Assembly: GCA_042217695.1 (NCBI GenBank)
Contig: JBDGSE010000030.1
Coordinates: 1 to 46,598 of the forward strand
Source of the DNA: Candidatus Nanohaloarchaea archaeon
GTDB taxonomy: Archaea; Nanohalarchaeota; Nanosalinia; Nanosalinales; Nanosalinaceae
Length of the DNA stretch: 46,598 nt
Direction of reading: 5' to 3'
In this document: positions 25,899-35,583 of the stretch, in pieces
Layout: each line of letters opens with the position of its first letter
How positions within the stretch are numbered: position 1 is the first letter of the stretch
Made by a program: the position numbers and the translations under genes
The notes under the pieces: generated by a model
The model's input: only the letters and a program-made list of their open reading frames with translations
Databases searched by the model: none
Told to the model about the DNA's origin: nothing

Positions 25899-26891
25899 TT
25901 AGTAGTGGTTTTTGAAGACCGCAAGTGCTGATTTAAGAACTCCTAGAAGTATGGGTCCTATAAACAGTCCTGGAGCGCCGAAAAGAATAACGCCGCCCAG
26001 AACACCTATTATTATGGTTGCAGGATGCAATTCTGCTCTTTTATCCACCAGCAAAGGGCGGAGGAAGTTGTCGGTCAGGCCCACGACCACCACGCCGTAG
26101 ACCAGGAGGAAGATCGCGGCGGCCGCCTGGTTCATAAGGAAGAGGTACAGTGCGGCAGGCCCCCAGACCAGGAAAGAACCTATAACCGGGACGAAGGACA
26201 GCATGAGCATTATGAAGGTCCAGAAGATGTAGTTGGGGACTCCTGCGAGGTACAGACCGAGGCCCGCCACCAACCCCTGTACCAGAGCGACCAGTACGTG
26301 TCCCTTGATGACCGCCCAGGTGGTGAACCTCACCTTCTCGTAAAGCGTGTCCTGGAGATCCAGGGGCAACGGAACCACCGATTTGAACCATGAAAGGAAG
26401 GTCTCACCGTCCTTGATGAAGTAGTACATCAGGAAAAGCATGAGAGGGACGCCGATGGCGAGACCTGTGAAGATGTTCAGTATCTCGGAGAAACTTCCGA
26501 AAACAAGGGCGGTGAACTCCTTAAGTGCGTTCCTGAGCCTGGGCTCTATATCCACCTGCTGACCGGTGTACCTCTCGATCTTCTGCTCTATCTCCGTGAG
26601 ATTAACTGCCTCCAGGTCTCCTATCTGTCTGTTGAGGTCGCGTGCATCGTCCAGAACGGCAGCCCCTGTCAGAAACACCGGCACCACCACCATGAAAATC
26701 GAGAAGACCACGAGCAGGAAAGAAGACACTCTTTCGCCGGTGTATGGACGCAGACGCCTGTGTAAAGGCATGAGTATGAATGCCAGCAGTACAGCCCCCA
26801 TCACGTAGGCCGCGAACGGCTTGAGCATCAGGAACCCGATAACTCCCAGCAGGAGTATCACTCCTGCGAGAAAGGTTTTTTCCTCATCCAT
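25899..26891 (-). CDS. AI-2E family transporter
   Basis: Multi-TM, FVPVIG, DNFLRP, HP...GVLGG...FG..GLFIGP; start at MDEEK. Confidence 0.92.
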   Translation of the reverse strand: MDEEKTFLAGVILLLGVIGFLMLKPFAAYVMGAVLLAFILMPLHRRLRPYTGERVSSFLLVVFSIFMVVVPVFLTGAAVLDDARDLNRQIGDLEAVNLTEIEQKIERYTGQQVDIEPRLRNALKEFTALVFGSFSEILNIFTGLAIGVPLMLFLMYYFIKDGETFLSWFKSVVPLPLDLQDTLYEKVRFTTWAVIKGHVLVALVQGLVAGLGLYLAGVPNYIFWTFIMLMLSFVPVIGSFLVWGPAALYLFLMNQAAAAIFLLVYGVVVVGLTDNFLRPLLVDKRAELHPATIIIGVLGGVILFGAPGLFIGPILLGVLKSALAVFKNHY

Positions 26892-26911
26892 AGGAGAATC
26901 TTCACGTCGAA

Positions 26912-28096
26912 TCAAATAAAAATGCCGGTGGAGGAGAGCATGACCGGGACTATAAGGACCGCCATGCAGTTGGCCCTGTGGCCCGAGACCAGTGCCGCCA
27001 CCCCTATCGCAGTCGAGGTTCCCAGCACCAGGACACCTCGCAGCCCGGTAAGGAACAGCGTCGCGGCCAGGACGAACATGCCGACGGAAAGCAGCACCTT
27101 CTGCAGGTTCCACCGGTCGAGGAGGTCCAGAAAGTAGCGGGAAGTTACTACCGCAAGAACCGAGGACACAGATACCGCCAGAAGGGCTGCACCAGCCATG
27201 AGAATCATGAGATCGGGCCCTAGGCGTTGGATCGAGAGCGCGGCCACAGCGGCACCGGACCTTGCCCTTCCTATGATGTAGACCGTCAGGAAGGAGACCA
27301 GTATGTCTGAGGTGTTTACACCTCCGAGGGCTGCGATGAATTCCTCCTCCCTGTCCAGCAGAGGGCTGAGGAAAGTGGTTGCTATGGCTCCTCCGATACC
27401 GGGGACTGTCCCGGCTATCAACCCTGCCATCGAACCTGTTAATCCTCCCTTCACGGCCTTCCCCTCCCTGACACGTGGAGGTTTCTGTCCGGGTATATCG
27501 AAGTCCGTGCGGTAGGCGTGCAGTATGCTCGGGACGGCGAACAGTCCGGTGAAGACAGGCACAAGCACATAGTGCTGGTTTATGGGGAGATCAAAGGACA
27601 GGATGCCGAGCAGGGAGGCAAGGGCCGCCACTGTAAAGCTCTCCACGAGTTTCTCGGAGCGGAAGACTATGAGGCTCAGGAAGAAAAGAAGCGCATACGG
27701 GAGAAGACCTGAAAACCTGGCGTAGAACGGTTCCAGACCTGCCAGCAACACAGGGGACAGAACAGTGAGGACAAGCACGGAGTAGACCCCTCCATGGACG
27801 CTGTAGTGAAACGCCTTCGGACCTTCACCCCGGGCAGCCAGTCTTCCGCCGGGAAGGGTCGAAAGCGCGGTTTCTGCCTCCGGAGCTCCAAGGTATATGG
27901 CCGGCAGAAAGTCGTGGAAAGTGTGGGAAACCGACATACCTATGACAAACAGTATGTAGTTCTGGAAAAACATGTTTGAGGACAGATAGAACGGCAGAGA
28001 GCCAAAAATCACAGTGTTAGGGTGTAAACCGGGAAGAAGGCCTGTAAATACTCCGAGAAGTATTCCCGCGCCCAGAAACACCGCAGATTCTATCAT
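26912..28096 (-). CDS. TctA-family (DUF112) transporter permease
   Basis: GLLPGLHPNT, HTFHDFLPAIYLGAP, LPG, ARSG. Confidence 0.88.
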   Translation of the reverse strand: MIESAVFLGAGILLGVFTGLLPGLHPNTVIFGSLPFYLSSNMFFQNYILFVIGMSVSHTFHDFLPAIYLGAPEAETALSTLPGGRLAARGEGPKAFHYSVHGGVYSVLVLTVLSPVLLAGLEPFYARFSGLLPYALLFFLSLIVFRSEKLVESFTVAALASLLGILSFDLPINQHYVLVPVFTGLFAVPSILHAYRTDFDIPGQKPPRVREGKAVKGGLTGSMAGLIAGTVPGIGGAIATTFLSPLLDREEEFIAALGGVNTSDILVSFLTVYIIGRARSGAAVAALSIQRLGPDLMILMAGAALLAVSVSSVLAVVTSRYFLDLLDRWNLQKVLLSVGMFVLAATLFLTGLRGVLVLGTSTAIGVAALVSGHRANCMAVLIVPVMLSSTGIFI

Positions 28097-28118
28097 ATTT
28101 ACGGGAGGACATCACGGA

Positions 28119-28126
28119 TTTAAAAA
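28119..28126. promoter_or_regulatory. Shared bidirectional TATA box
   Basis: TTTAAAAA lies 21-23 nt from both divergent ATGs (28096 and 28147). Confidence 0.55.
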
Positions 28127-28146
28127 GTGAGGTACAATTACCGGGT

Positions 28147-28461
28147 ATGTTTCCAGGAAGAGGAGGCGACATGCAGAAGATGATGAAGCAGATGGGCATC
28201 GACATGGAAGAGATCGATGCCGATCGCGTGGAAGTCCACATAGGCGAGAAGAAAATGGTATTCGAGAACCCGCAGCTGTCCAAGGTAGACGGCCAGGGCA
28301 TGGAGATGTTCCAGCTCCAGGGCGACTACCACGAGGAGACAGAGGTCAGCCAGGACGATATCGAACTGGTGAAGGAGAAGACAGGGGCATCAGAAGAAGA
28401 GGCCAGAGAAGCCCTGCAGGACGCAGATGACGTTGCGGAAGCGGTAATGGATCTGCAGTAA
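28147..28461 (+). CDS. nac: Nascent polypeptide-associated complex protein
   Basis: MQKMMKQMGI, FENPQ, FQLQG, C-terminal UBA DIELV...A..AL. Confidence 0.95.
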   Translation: MFPGRGGDMQKMMKQMGIDMEEIDADRVEVHIGEKKMVFENPQLSKVDGQGMEMFQLQGDYHEETEVSQDDIELVKEKTGASEEEAREALQDADDVAEAVMDLQ

Positions 28462-29232
28462 TCAGAACTTCTCCACGAGCCGGTCTCTCACACTGTCTGG
28501 CAGTAATGCGACCAGTTTTATCGCCGCCCAGGTCTTCAGCGTGGGCGTGTAACGAGCTTTCGGGTTACCTGTTTCTACGGCTTCAACTACGGTTTCAGCG
28601 GCCTCCTCCGGCTCCAGACCATCCATTCCGCCATCCTCCAGCTTTTCGCGGTAACGTTGCTCGTAGGCTGTCGCTGACAGATACTTTTTCAGGGCCATCC
28701 GGGCACGCTCGTTGAAACCGGTGTCCACCGGCCCTGGCTCTACAACGACCACGTCGACATCGAAAGGTTCTGCCTCCAGCCTCAGGGCGTCGCTTATGGC
28801 CTCGACCGAGTGCTTGGTGGCGGAGTAAACGCCGAAGAACGGGGCGGAGACCTTCCCTGCCAGCGAGGACATGTTGACTATCCTCCCGGAGTTATCCCTC
28901 AGCATGGGCATTGCAGCACGGACAACGTTCAGCAGGCCAAAGACGTTAGCGTTGAAATGTGCCTCAACCGTCTCCGCATTTACGTCCTCGAGGGCTCCCA
29001 GTTCATAGTATGCCGCGGAGTTGACCAGGACCTCGAACTCCTCTCTATCCACCACCTCCTTCACGCGGGATTCGTTGTAGACATCCCCCTGGTAACAGGT
29101 GATACCGTCAGGCAGTGTTGCCAGGGCTTCGCCATCGATGTCAAATACGGTTACCTTGTGGCCTCTCTCCAGCAGTTTTTCCGCGGTGGCCCTCCCTATA
29201 CCGTTGGCGCCGCCGGTTATGAAGACCCTCAT
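28462..29232 (-). CDS. Short-chain dehydrogenase/reductase
   Basis: TGGANGIG, YSATK, EPG. Confidence 0.93.
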   Translation of the reverse strand: MRVFITGGANGIGRATAEKLLERGHKVTVFDIDGEALATLPDGITCYQGDVYNESRVKEVVDREEFEVLVNSAAYYELGALEDVNAETVEAHFNANVFGLLNVVRAAMPMLRDNSGRIVNMSSLAGKVSAPFFGVYSATKHSVEAISDALRLEAEPFDVDVVVVEPGPVDTGFNERARMALKKYLSATAYEQRYREKLEDGGMDGLEPEEAAETVVEAVETGNPKARYTPTLKTWAAIKLVALLPDSVRDRLVEKF

Positions 29233-29265
29233 GCAGAAGTTTTTGGTCGCGCCGCCTAAAACTGT

Positions 29266-30885
29266 TTACCGGTTCATGTACTCCAGGACTGTGGCGTAGG
29301 CAGGCCGGGTGATGGAGATACCTATCAGTATGCCGAGGATTGTGGTAGATGCAAACCCGTGGATCGACTGGAGTGCTGCGCCAGAGGGACTGAACATCCC
29401 GGTTGCAACTGAAACCGCGATCGCCAGGCTTCCGATAACCAGATAATGCGGGTTCGTTCCTTTGGTGTAAATCGTGTAGGCTACCAGGGTGACGCCAGAG
29501 AAACCTATGAGCAGGCTGACCAGGCTCGGCATCAGGATGGGGGCCATGGCGCCTATCGTGGATGCTGCAGAGGTAAAAATCACGAAGAACGCTCTACTCA
29601 TCCGCTGGCTCCACTGAGCCGCCTTTTCCTGTCCGGACTCGTCAGTTATGATTATCTGATCGTCAACTCCTGTTCCTACGGCAGCGATTATACCGGCCAC
29701 TGCAGCCAGGCTCAAACTACCCAGGGGGGTGAACCAGCTCCAGAAACCGAGGAGGATGTAGACCTCGCTCGCACCGGTGAGCACTATCGGTATGACCAGC
29801 CACGGATCTCTGTACCGGAGGAACACCAGGAAACCGACTGCCACGAGAGACCCGAGTATGGATAGCACGGAGGCAACCATGAAATGTTCCCCGAGGGACG
29901 AGGACAGCGTGGATACGCTTTCTATCTTTACAGGGGCGGGAAGCTGCCCGGACTGCAGTATGGCCTGTAACTTTTTCATGGCGTCCCTGGCCGCGGCCTC
30001 CGTCTCTCCCCCGGTCTGGATCGACGGCTGGGTCACTATCTCGCGGGCGAACACCGAACCCACGTTAAGCGCGTTTTCAAGGTTGCCGTCGACGTAGAAC
30101 CTGAGCTTGGCCACCGACCCATCGTCGTGGGTCAGGTACTCGCCAAGACTGTTGTAGTTGGAAGCTATCTGTTTAACGTCTCTCGCCGCCTCCATCGATA
30201 TCAGCACCTGGAAGCTGGCGGAGTAACCGCCGGGGCCGCCACGGATTATCGACTGCGAGGTCAGGACCTCCTTTATGTCCTCTCCCGAGTAGGCCACTAT
30301 CTCCAGGTTCGCGTAGCTGTCAGTATTGTTCAGGTAGTATACGGTCTGGTTGCCAAGCTGGAAACGGTCTCCCGGCTGGAACGTCCCCCGTCGTCCGGAG
30401 GGGCCTGTAACGATTATGGACGAGTTCTGCCTGTTGAGCCGGTACTCGTTCTCCAGGGAAAAGTTTTTCGCATCATAAACCCGGATGGGCATGCGGGCCT
30501 GGAAACTGCCCTGCTGTGATATCAGTTTCCTTATCCTGGTCTGGTTTGCCTCCGGCACCTGCACCTGTATCTTGTATTCATCGCCTATCCTCACGGTGCG
30601 TATAGTGGCGTCTCCGAGCCCGAAGTTCGACACCCTTATCTGCAGGACGTCGCGGACCTGGCGTGCAAGTTTTCTTTCCTCTTGGCCTGTGGCGTTGGTC
30701 TGTACATCGAGCAGCAGACGTGTTCCCCCGGAGAAGTCGATGCCTGTACGGTCCTCCAGCGCAGTGGTGATGACTACCTCTCCGTTCCTCTGCTCGTAGC
30801 CTGGCGAGATCCAGATGGTGGAGAGCAGTAACGCCACCAGGAGCACCCAGATCCTCCACTCCTTCATCAGGCCTTTCACGTCCAT
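29266..30885 (-). CDS. secD: Protein translocase subunit SecD
   Basis: GIDFSGG, LQSGQLP, GTGVDDQIIITDE, ITRPAY; start at MDVKG. Confidence 0.93.
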   Translation of the reverse strand: MDVKGLMKEWRIWVLLVALLLSTIWISPGYEQRNGEVVITTALEDRTGIDFSGGTRLLLDVQTNATGQEERKLARQVRDVLQIRVSNFGLGDATIRTVRIGDEYKIQVQVPEANQTRIRKLISQQGSFQARMPIRVYDAKNFSLENEYRLNRQNSSIIVTGPSGRRGTFQPGDRFQLGNQTVYYLNNTDSYANLEIVAYSGEDIKEVLTSQSIIRGGPGGYSASFQVLISMEAARDVKQIASNYNSLGEYLTHDDGSVAKLRFYVDGNLENALNVGSVFAREIVTQPSIQTGGETEAAARDAMKKLQAILQSGQLPAPVKIESVSTLSSSLGEHFMVASVLSILGSLVAVGFLVFLRYRDPWLVIPIVLTGASEVYILLGFWSWFTPLGSLSLAAVAGIIAAVGTGVDDQIIITDESGQEKAAQWSQRMSRAFFVIFTSAASTIGAMAPILMPSLVSLLIGFSGVTLVAYTIYTKGTNPHYLVIGSLAIAVSVATGMFSPSGAALQSIHGFASTTILGILIGISITRPAYATVLEYMNR

Positions 30886-31799
30886 GGAACCACCTCGAGG
30901 ACTTTCTCCACAGGTATCTCTCCGTGGACGTGTTTCTTGAGTATGACCGCGTTGCCGAACCAGGTGAAGGGGATGTCCGCGAGAAGCCCTATAACCATCA
31001 CTGCAGATATGGTTGAGAGCTCGGACGGACCCACTATGGCGTAGGAAACCAGGTAGAGCAGGGTGAATCCTGCTATACCTCCCGAACTCATCGTTACACC
31101 GGTCTTCACCGAGCTCCATATCCTTTCTTTGAGCGTGCCACGGTCCTGTTTAAGGACACGGGAGGAGAGCACTATGTCGGTGTCAACAGAGTAACCTATA
31201 AGCATCAGAAGCGCGGCCATCGATCCCAGCGTCAGGGGTATGTCAAACAGCGCCATCATAGCCCCGGCAAATACGAGGTCTCCGGTCGCGGCGAATATGA
31301 CTGCCAGCGAGGGGATGATGTCCTTGAACGCCACGAATATAACCAGGCTCATGACCGTGAACGCCAGCACGAACGCCATCTGGGCCTGGAAGAAGAATGC
31401 CTGCGAGACCGATGCCGAGATGGAGTTGAAACCCTTCACGGTCACGTTGTATCCTGCCTCCTCCAGGAACTGTTCGGCTTCGGCCGTGCTGTTGATATTA
31501 GGCGGGGGTATCTGCACCAGGAGAGTTGTATCTCCTCCGGATGTCTGCTTGAGCGCGGTCACGCCGGGTCTTCCCTGCCTTGCAAACACGTTCTCTATCT
31601 CGGTCGTGGTGAACTCCTGCTGGAGGGAGTATTTTACCTCTGTACCCCCGGAGAAGTCCGGCCCTTTCTGGAAGAACTTCCCTGTCTGGACGTACTGCAC
31701 ACCAAGAATTCCGAGAGACAGGACCAGCAGGGCGACCGGCACAGCCAGGTAACGGTCGTATTCCTCGTAGATTTTATCGAAATATCTTTCCAAATCCAC
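30876..31799 (-). CDS. secF: Protein translocase subunit SecF
   Basis: DFSGGT, IGYSVDTDI, GLLAD...N; GTG start 24 nt from TTTAAAA. Confidence 0.93.
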   Translation of the reverse strand: MDLERYFDKIYEEYDRYLAVPVALLVLSLGILGVQYVQTGKFFQKGPDFSGGTEVKYSLQQEFTTTEIENVFARQGRPGVTALKQTSGGDTTLLVQIPPPNINSTAEAEQFLEEAGYNVTVKGFNSISASVSQAFFFQAQMAFVLAFTVMSLVIFVAFKDIIPSLAVIFAATGDLVFAGAMMALFDIPLTLGSMAALLMLIGYSVDTDIVLSSRVLKQDRGTLKERIWSSVKTGVTMSSGGIAGFTLLYLVSYAIVGPSELSTISAVMVIGLLADIPFTWFGNAVILKKHVHGEIPVEKVLEVVPWT

Positions 31800-31884
31800 G
31801 GAACAGTTGTCTCTGTGAATCCTTTTAAACGCATCCCTGCTCATGCAAGAGAATAAAAAAACTGTATCCGCAGGTGTTTTACAT

Positions 31885-34506
31885 ATGTCTGCGATTCAAA
31901 AGGTCGACGACTTCTTTACGGTGGAGGGCCTTAAGGAGAACTGGTCTCTCCTGGCGATAACCGGCGTGTTCCTACTGGCTCTCTGGCTCAGGTTCATGCC
32001 TGCAAACGGGATGAAGTACCTGCAGGCGCTGGACCCGTACATGATATACAGGATGTCGCAACACGTCGCGCTCTCGGGCAACCTTCCGCAGCTCGACTTC
32101 ATGCGCTACTTCCCCTACGCCACACCGACCTACCTGCTGAACCAGGGCGATATCCTGATACCTGCTCTTCTCTGGTGGATGGGGCCCTTCCTGGTCTTCA
32201 ACAACTACATGGCGTGGGCGCAGTTCTACCCTGCGCTGATGGGTGCGCTGGGAGTCGTATTCGCCTATCTTCTGGGAAGAGAGATGTTCGATAAAACCAC
32301 GGGCGTGTTCTCGGCGTTCTTCCTGGCCACCATCCCGGGTGTGATGCACAGGACCTCCGCAGGTTTCTTCGAGAAAGAACCGCTGGGAACCGCATTGATG
32401 CTTTTATCCATGTTCCTTTTCGTGCGGTCCTGGAAGCGTGAGGACTACCTCTCCGGTATCGGGGCCGGAATCACCCTGGGGCTCTTCAGCATCTCGTGGG
32501 GCGGCTCCAAGATGCTCTGGCTCCTGTACCCGATGGTTGTCGGTCTGGTGATGCTTCTGGACGAGGACATCGAGAAGCTGGTGACCGCCTACACGCCCAC
32601 TGTCCTGATAGCTGCCGGGGTCGCTGCCTCCCTGAACCAGGCAAGGTTCTGGTTCACTGACACCGAGTTCCTGGTCAACCTCGGGATGCTGGGCTTCCTG
32701 TGGAGCCGCTACCTGGTCGAGAAGTTCGAGGTTCTTCCGGACAGACAGCTCCCCTACTACGTCCCCGGGATGTCGCTCCTGGGCGGTCTGGCTCTCCTGT
32801 TATCGCCTCTCTACTCCGACTACATCGCCAGCAGAGTTATGCGGCTGAAGACCATGGCGACCCAGCAGGACGCCGGACACGTTATCGCCAAGACCGTGGC
32901 AGAGAACACCGAGGCCTCCCTGGGGCAGCTGCTCTCCGAGACCGGGGCTTACAGCGCGGCAGCGGTGAACCCGGCACTCGGCGCACTTGCAAGCATACTT
33001 GGTTCGTGGCCGCTGTCGTTCCTCGGGATAGGTTTGCTGGCTTCCTACCTGATGCTGATGCTTCTGAGAAAGTACGGGATGATAGAGGAGACGGTCTCCA
33101 GCAGGATATACTTTTCATCTTTCATGGCCGTGATGGTGGCGTGGACGGCGGCTTTCATGCTGTACTTCGAACAGCTGGCTATCGCCGGTTTCGGGGTCGC
33201 CCTGCTGACGCTCGCGGTCTTTGTGGCGATGCTGTCCGAACTTGAGGAGGAGGCGGTCTTCAACATAACGGCCCTGGGACTACTTTTCCTCGGCGTACTG
33301 CAGGTGGTCGCCTTCTTCGGAGGTTACAACTCCGCCCTGGCTACTTCGGCGCCCGTGGCGCTCGCGATCGCCGGACTGACACTTTTCTACATGACCGAGA
33401 GCCGTGGAGAACGCAGCATAGAGTTCAGGTGGTACTACATGCTGCCGGTGGCCTGGTTCCTGACAAATGTCCTGGCAGGGGTGGCGAAATCCCGGCTGCT
33501 GACACTCTCCGCTTTCCCCGTGGCTTTCATCGCCGGCTATACCTTTGCGACGCTGGTCAAGAAGGTAAAAAGCTACGACTTCGGGACTGTCTTCGAGGAG
33601 CTTGACGGCGGACAGGTCAAGGCCGGGGTTCTCACGGCAGTGATCGGGCTTGCCCTGCTGGTGAACGGTGCAGCCGGCTATGTCTCCGTTCAGAGGGTGT
33701 CCGGCTCGCCCAGCCCTGTATGGTATGACAGCCTGAACTACATGCAGAAACAGACCGATCCTGGAGACGTCGTGATGTCCTGGTGGGACTACGGCTACTG
33801 GTTCGAATCGATCGGTAGAAGGGCCGCGGTGGCCGACGGGGGAAACATGGGATACTACACCCCGAACCCTCTGGGAAAGGTGAACTACCCGCTGGCCGAC
33901 TTCTTCACCACGTCCAACCCTGCTAACTACACCTGGTTCCTGGAGAAGCATTCCGTGGACTACATACTGCTCGACCACTCGATGATAGGGAAGTACGCCG
34001 CGGTCAGCCAGATATCCCACAAGTCCGCCACGCAGTACAGTTCGATGCTCACGATCTCCACAGCCCAGGACATACGAAAGTCTCTCAGCCAGGGCGGCAA
34101 CCAGACGGTTGTGGAGTTCTCAGGAAGAGGGCTCAAGATATACGCACCCATATCCCGTAAAGGACAGGACATCGTCATCTCCGGGCCTCCAACGTTCCAG
34201 ACCTCCCAGGGTCGTTTGAAGATAAACTGCGTGCTGACGGACAGCGGCCGTAAAACGTTCAACTCCTCCCAGGAATCGCAGTTCTGCGTCTCGGAGGACC
34301 CGTTCTACAGCCTTGAAAGCGCCTTTGCATCCCTGAACACTCAGAACCCTCGTCCGGCCAGCATAGTGCTGGTGCCGCAGAAGATCTCCCGGAGCACCCT
34401 GGTACGGCTCTACCTGCAGGATGGCTACGGTGTCGAGCTCGCGGAGAAGATCCCCGAGGCTTCAAACGGCTACGTAAAGATATGGAAAGTCAAGGACCTA
34501 AAATGA
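31885..34506 (+). CDS. aglB: Oligosaccharyltransferase AglB (STT3)
   Basis: DPY, RTSAGFFEKE, TVAEN, WWDYG motifs; many TMs; AGGTG SD. Confidence 0.95.
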   Translation: MSAIQKVDDFFTVEGLKENWSLLAITGVFLLALWLRFMPANGMKYLQALDPYMIYRMSQHVALSGNLPQLDFMRYFPYATPTYLLNQGDILIPALLWWMGPFLVFNNYMAWAQFYPALMGALGVVFAYLLGREMFDKTTGVFSAFFLATIPGVMHRTSAGFFEKEPLGTALMLLSMFLFVRSWKREDYLSGIGAGITLGLFSISWGGSKMLWLLYPMVVGLVMLLDEDIEKLVTAYTPTVLIAAGVAASLNQARFWFTDTEFLVNLGMLGFLWSRYLVEKFEVLPDRQLPYYVPGMSLLGGLALLLSPLYSDYIASRVMRLKTMATQQDAGHVIAKTVAENTEASLGQLLSETGAYSAAAVNPALGALASILGSWPLSFLGIGLLASYLMLMLLRKYGMIEETVSSRIYFSSFMAVMVAWTAAFMLYFEQLAIAGFGVALLTLAVFVAMLSELEEEAVFNITALGLLFLGVLQVVAFFGGYNSALATSAPVALAIAGLTLFYMTESRGERSIEFRWYYMLPVAWFLTNVLAGVAKSRLLTLSAFPVAFIAGYTFATLVKKVKSYDFGTVFEELDGGQVKAGVLTAVIGLALLVNGAAGYVSVQRVSGSPSPVWYDSLNYMQKQTDPGDVVMSWWDYGYWFESIGRRAAVADGGNMGYYTPNPLGKVNYPLADFFTTSNPANYTWFLEKHSVDYILLDHSMIGKYAAVSQISHKSATQYSSMLTISTAQDIRKSLSQGGNQTVVEFSGRGLKIYAPISRKGQDIVISGPPTFQTSQGRLKINCVLTDSGRKTFNSSQESQFCVSEDPFYSLESAFASLNTQNPRPASIVLVPQKISRSTLVRLYLQDGYGVELAEKIPEASNGYVKIWKVKDLK

Positions 34507-35582
34507 CCTACCTCGTGATATCTGCTCTGTTAGGTTTTGTAGCAGCCTTTTTCGGGACACCGTATGCGAGACGTTACCTGCGGAGCTCGGGTATCTACGG
34601 CGTGGACCAGCAGAAGACGGACAGGCCGCGGATACCTACCTCGGGAGGGATAGTCGTTTTCTTCGGGACTCTTGCATCTATAACATCCTATCTTGGATTC
34701 GTGGCCTTTCTCGGAGCTCCTTCAGGCAATATACCGGCCCTGCTCGCCGCACTGAGCTCCATAAACATAATAACACTTATAGGACTTATAGACGACATAC
34801 ACATCTCCGAAGAAGTGGGGGAAAAAGAGGAACTGCCCACAGACAGGATCTGGAACCGGCTGGTAAGTGTCTTCGGCGGAGAGATCGACAGATCCGGCGA
34901 AATCCACCGCAAGGGAATAAGCCAGATGCCGAAAATGCTTTTCGTTCTCCCCGCTGCACTTCCCTTGATAGCGGTCGGGGCCGGTTCCTGGACCATGAAC
35001 TTCCCTCTCATAGGAACGGTTAACTGGGGTGTGCTCTACCCTCTCGTGCTTTTACCGGTAGGGCTTCTGTTCGTCTCAAACGTGGTGAACATGCTTGCAG
35101 GGACCAACGGGCTTTCAGGAGGGATGAGTTTTGTCGCGGCGATGGGTCTGGGGACGTTCGCCTTCATCAACGGTGCGACCGCGGCCGCAGTCATCGCTTT
35201 CGGGCTCGGTGCATCGCTGCTCGGGTTCCTGTACTACAACTTCTATCCCGCTTCCATCCTCCCGGGAGACTCGCTGACCTATCTCAGCGGGGCAGCCCTG
35301 TTCTCGGCGATAGTCATCGGGAACATGGAGAAGTTCGGGGTATTCATCTTCACTCCCTGGTTCCTGGAGTTCTTCCTGAAGCTCCGGAGCGGTTTCAAGG
35401 CCCACTCCTGGGGTGAGCTGCAGGACGACGGCACCTTAAAACCCCTGCACGACAGGAACTACTCCCTCACACATCCGTTGATGCGGAGAGGCTACACCGA
35501 GAAACAGATAACGCTGGTGCTCGCGGGCTTCGAAACTTTAATCTGTGTCCTCGGACTAGTGGTATTCACGACGGTGCTGTAA
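34503..35582 (+). CDS. aglH: UDP-GlcNAc:dolichyl-phosphate GlcNAc-1-P transferase (MraY/GT4 family, AglH-like)
   Basis: PTSGG, GLIDD, NMLAGTNGL, YNFYPASILPGDS. Confidence 0.85.
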   Translation: MTYLVISALLGFVAAFFGTPYARRYLRSSGIYGVDQQKTDRPRIPTSGGIVVFFGTLASITSYLGFVAFLGAPSGNIPALLAALSSINIITLIGLIDDIHISEEVGEKEELPTDRIWNRLVSVFGGEIDRSGEIHRKGISQMPKMLFVLPAALPLIAVGAGSWTMNFPLIGTVNWGVLYPLVLLPVGLLFVSNVVNMLAGTNGLSGGMSFVAAMGLGTFAFINGATAAAVIAFGLGASLLGFLYYNFYPASILPGDSLTYLSGAALFSAIVIGNMEKFGVFIFTPWFLEFFLKLRSGFKAHSWGELQDDGTLKPLHDRNYSLTHPLMRRGYTEKQITLVLAGFETLICVLGLVVFTTVL

Positions 35583-35583
35583 C

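Noticed and set aside
25780..26050. Locally AT-richer stretch
   Set aside because: Spans ordinary gene ends with no mobile-element hallmark
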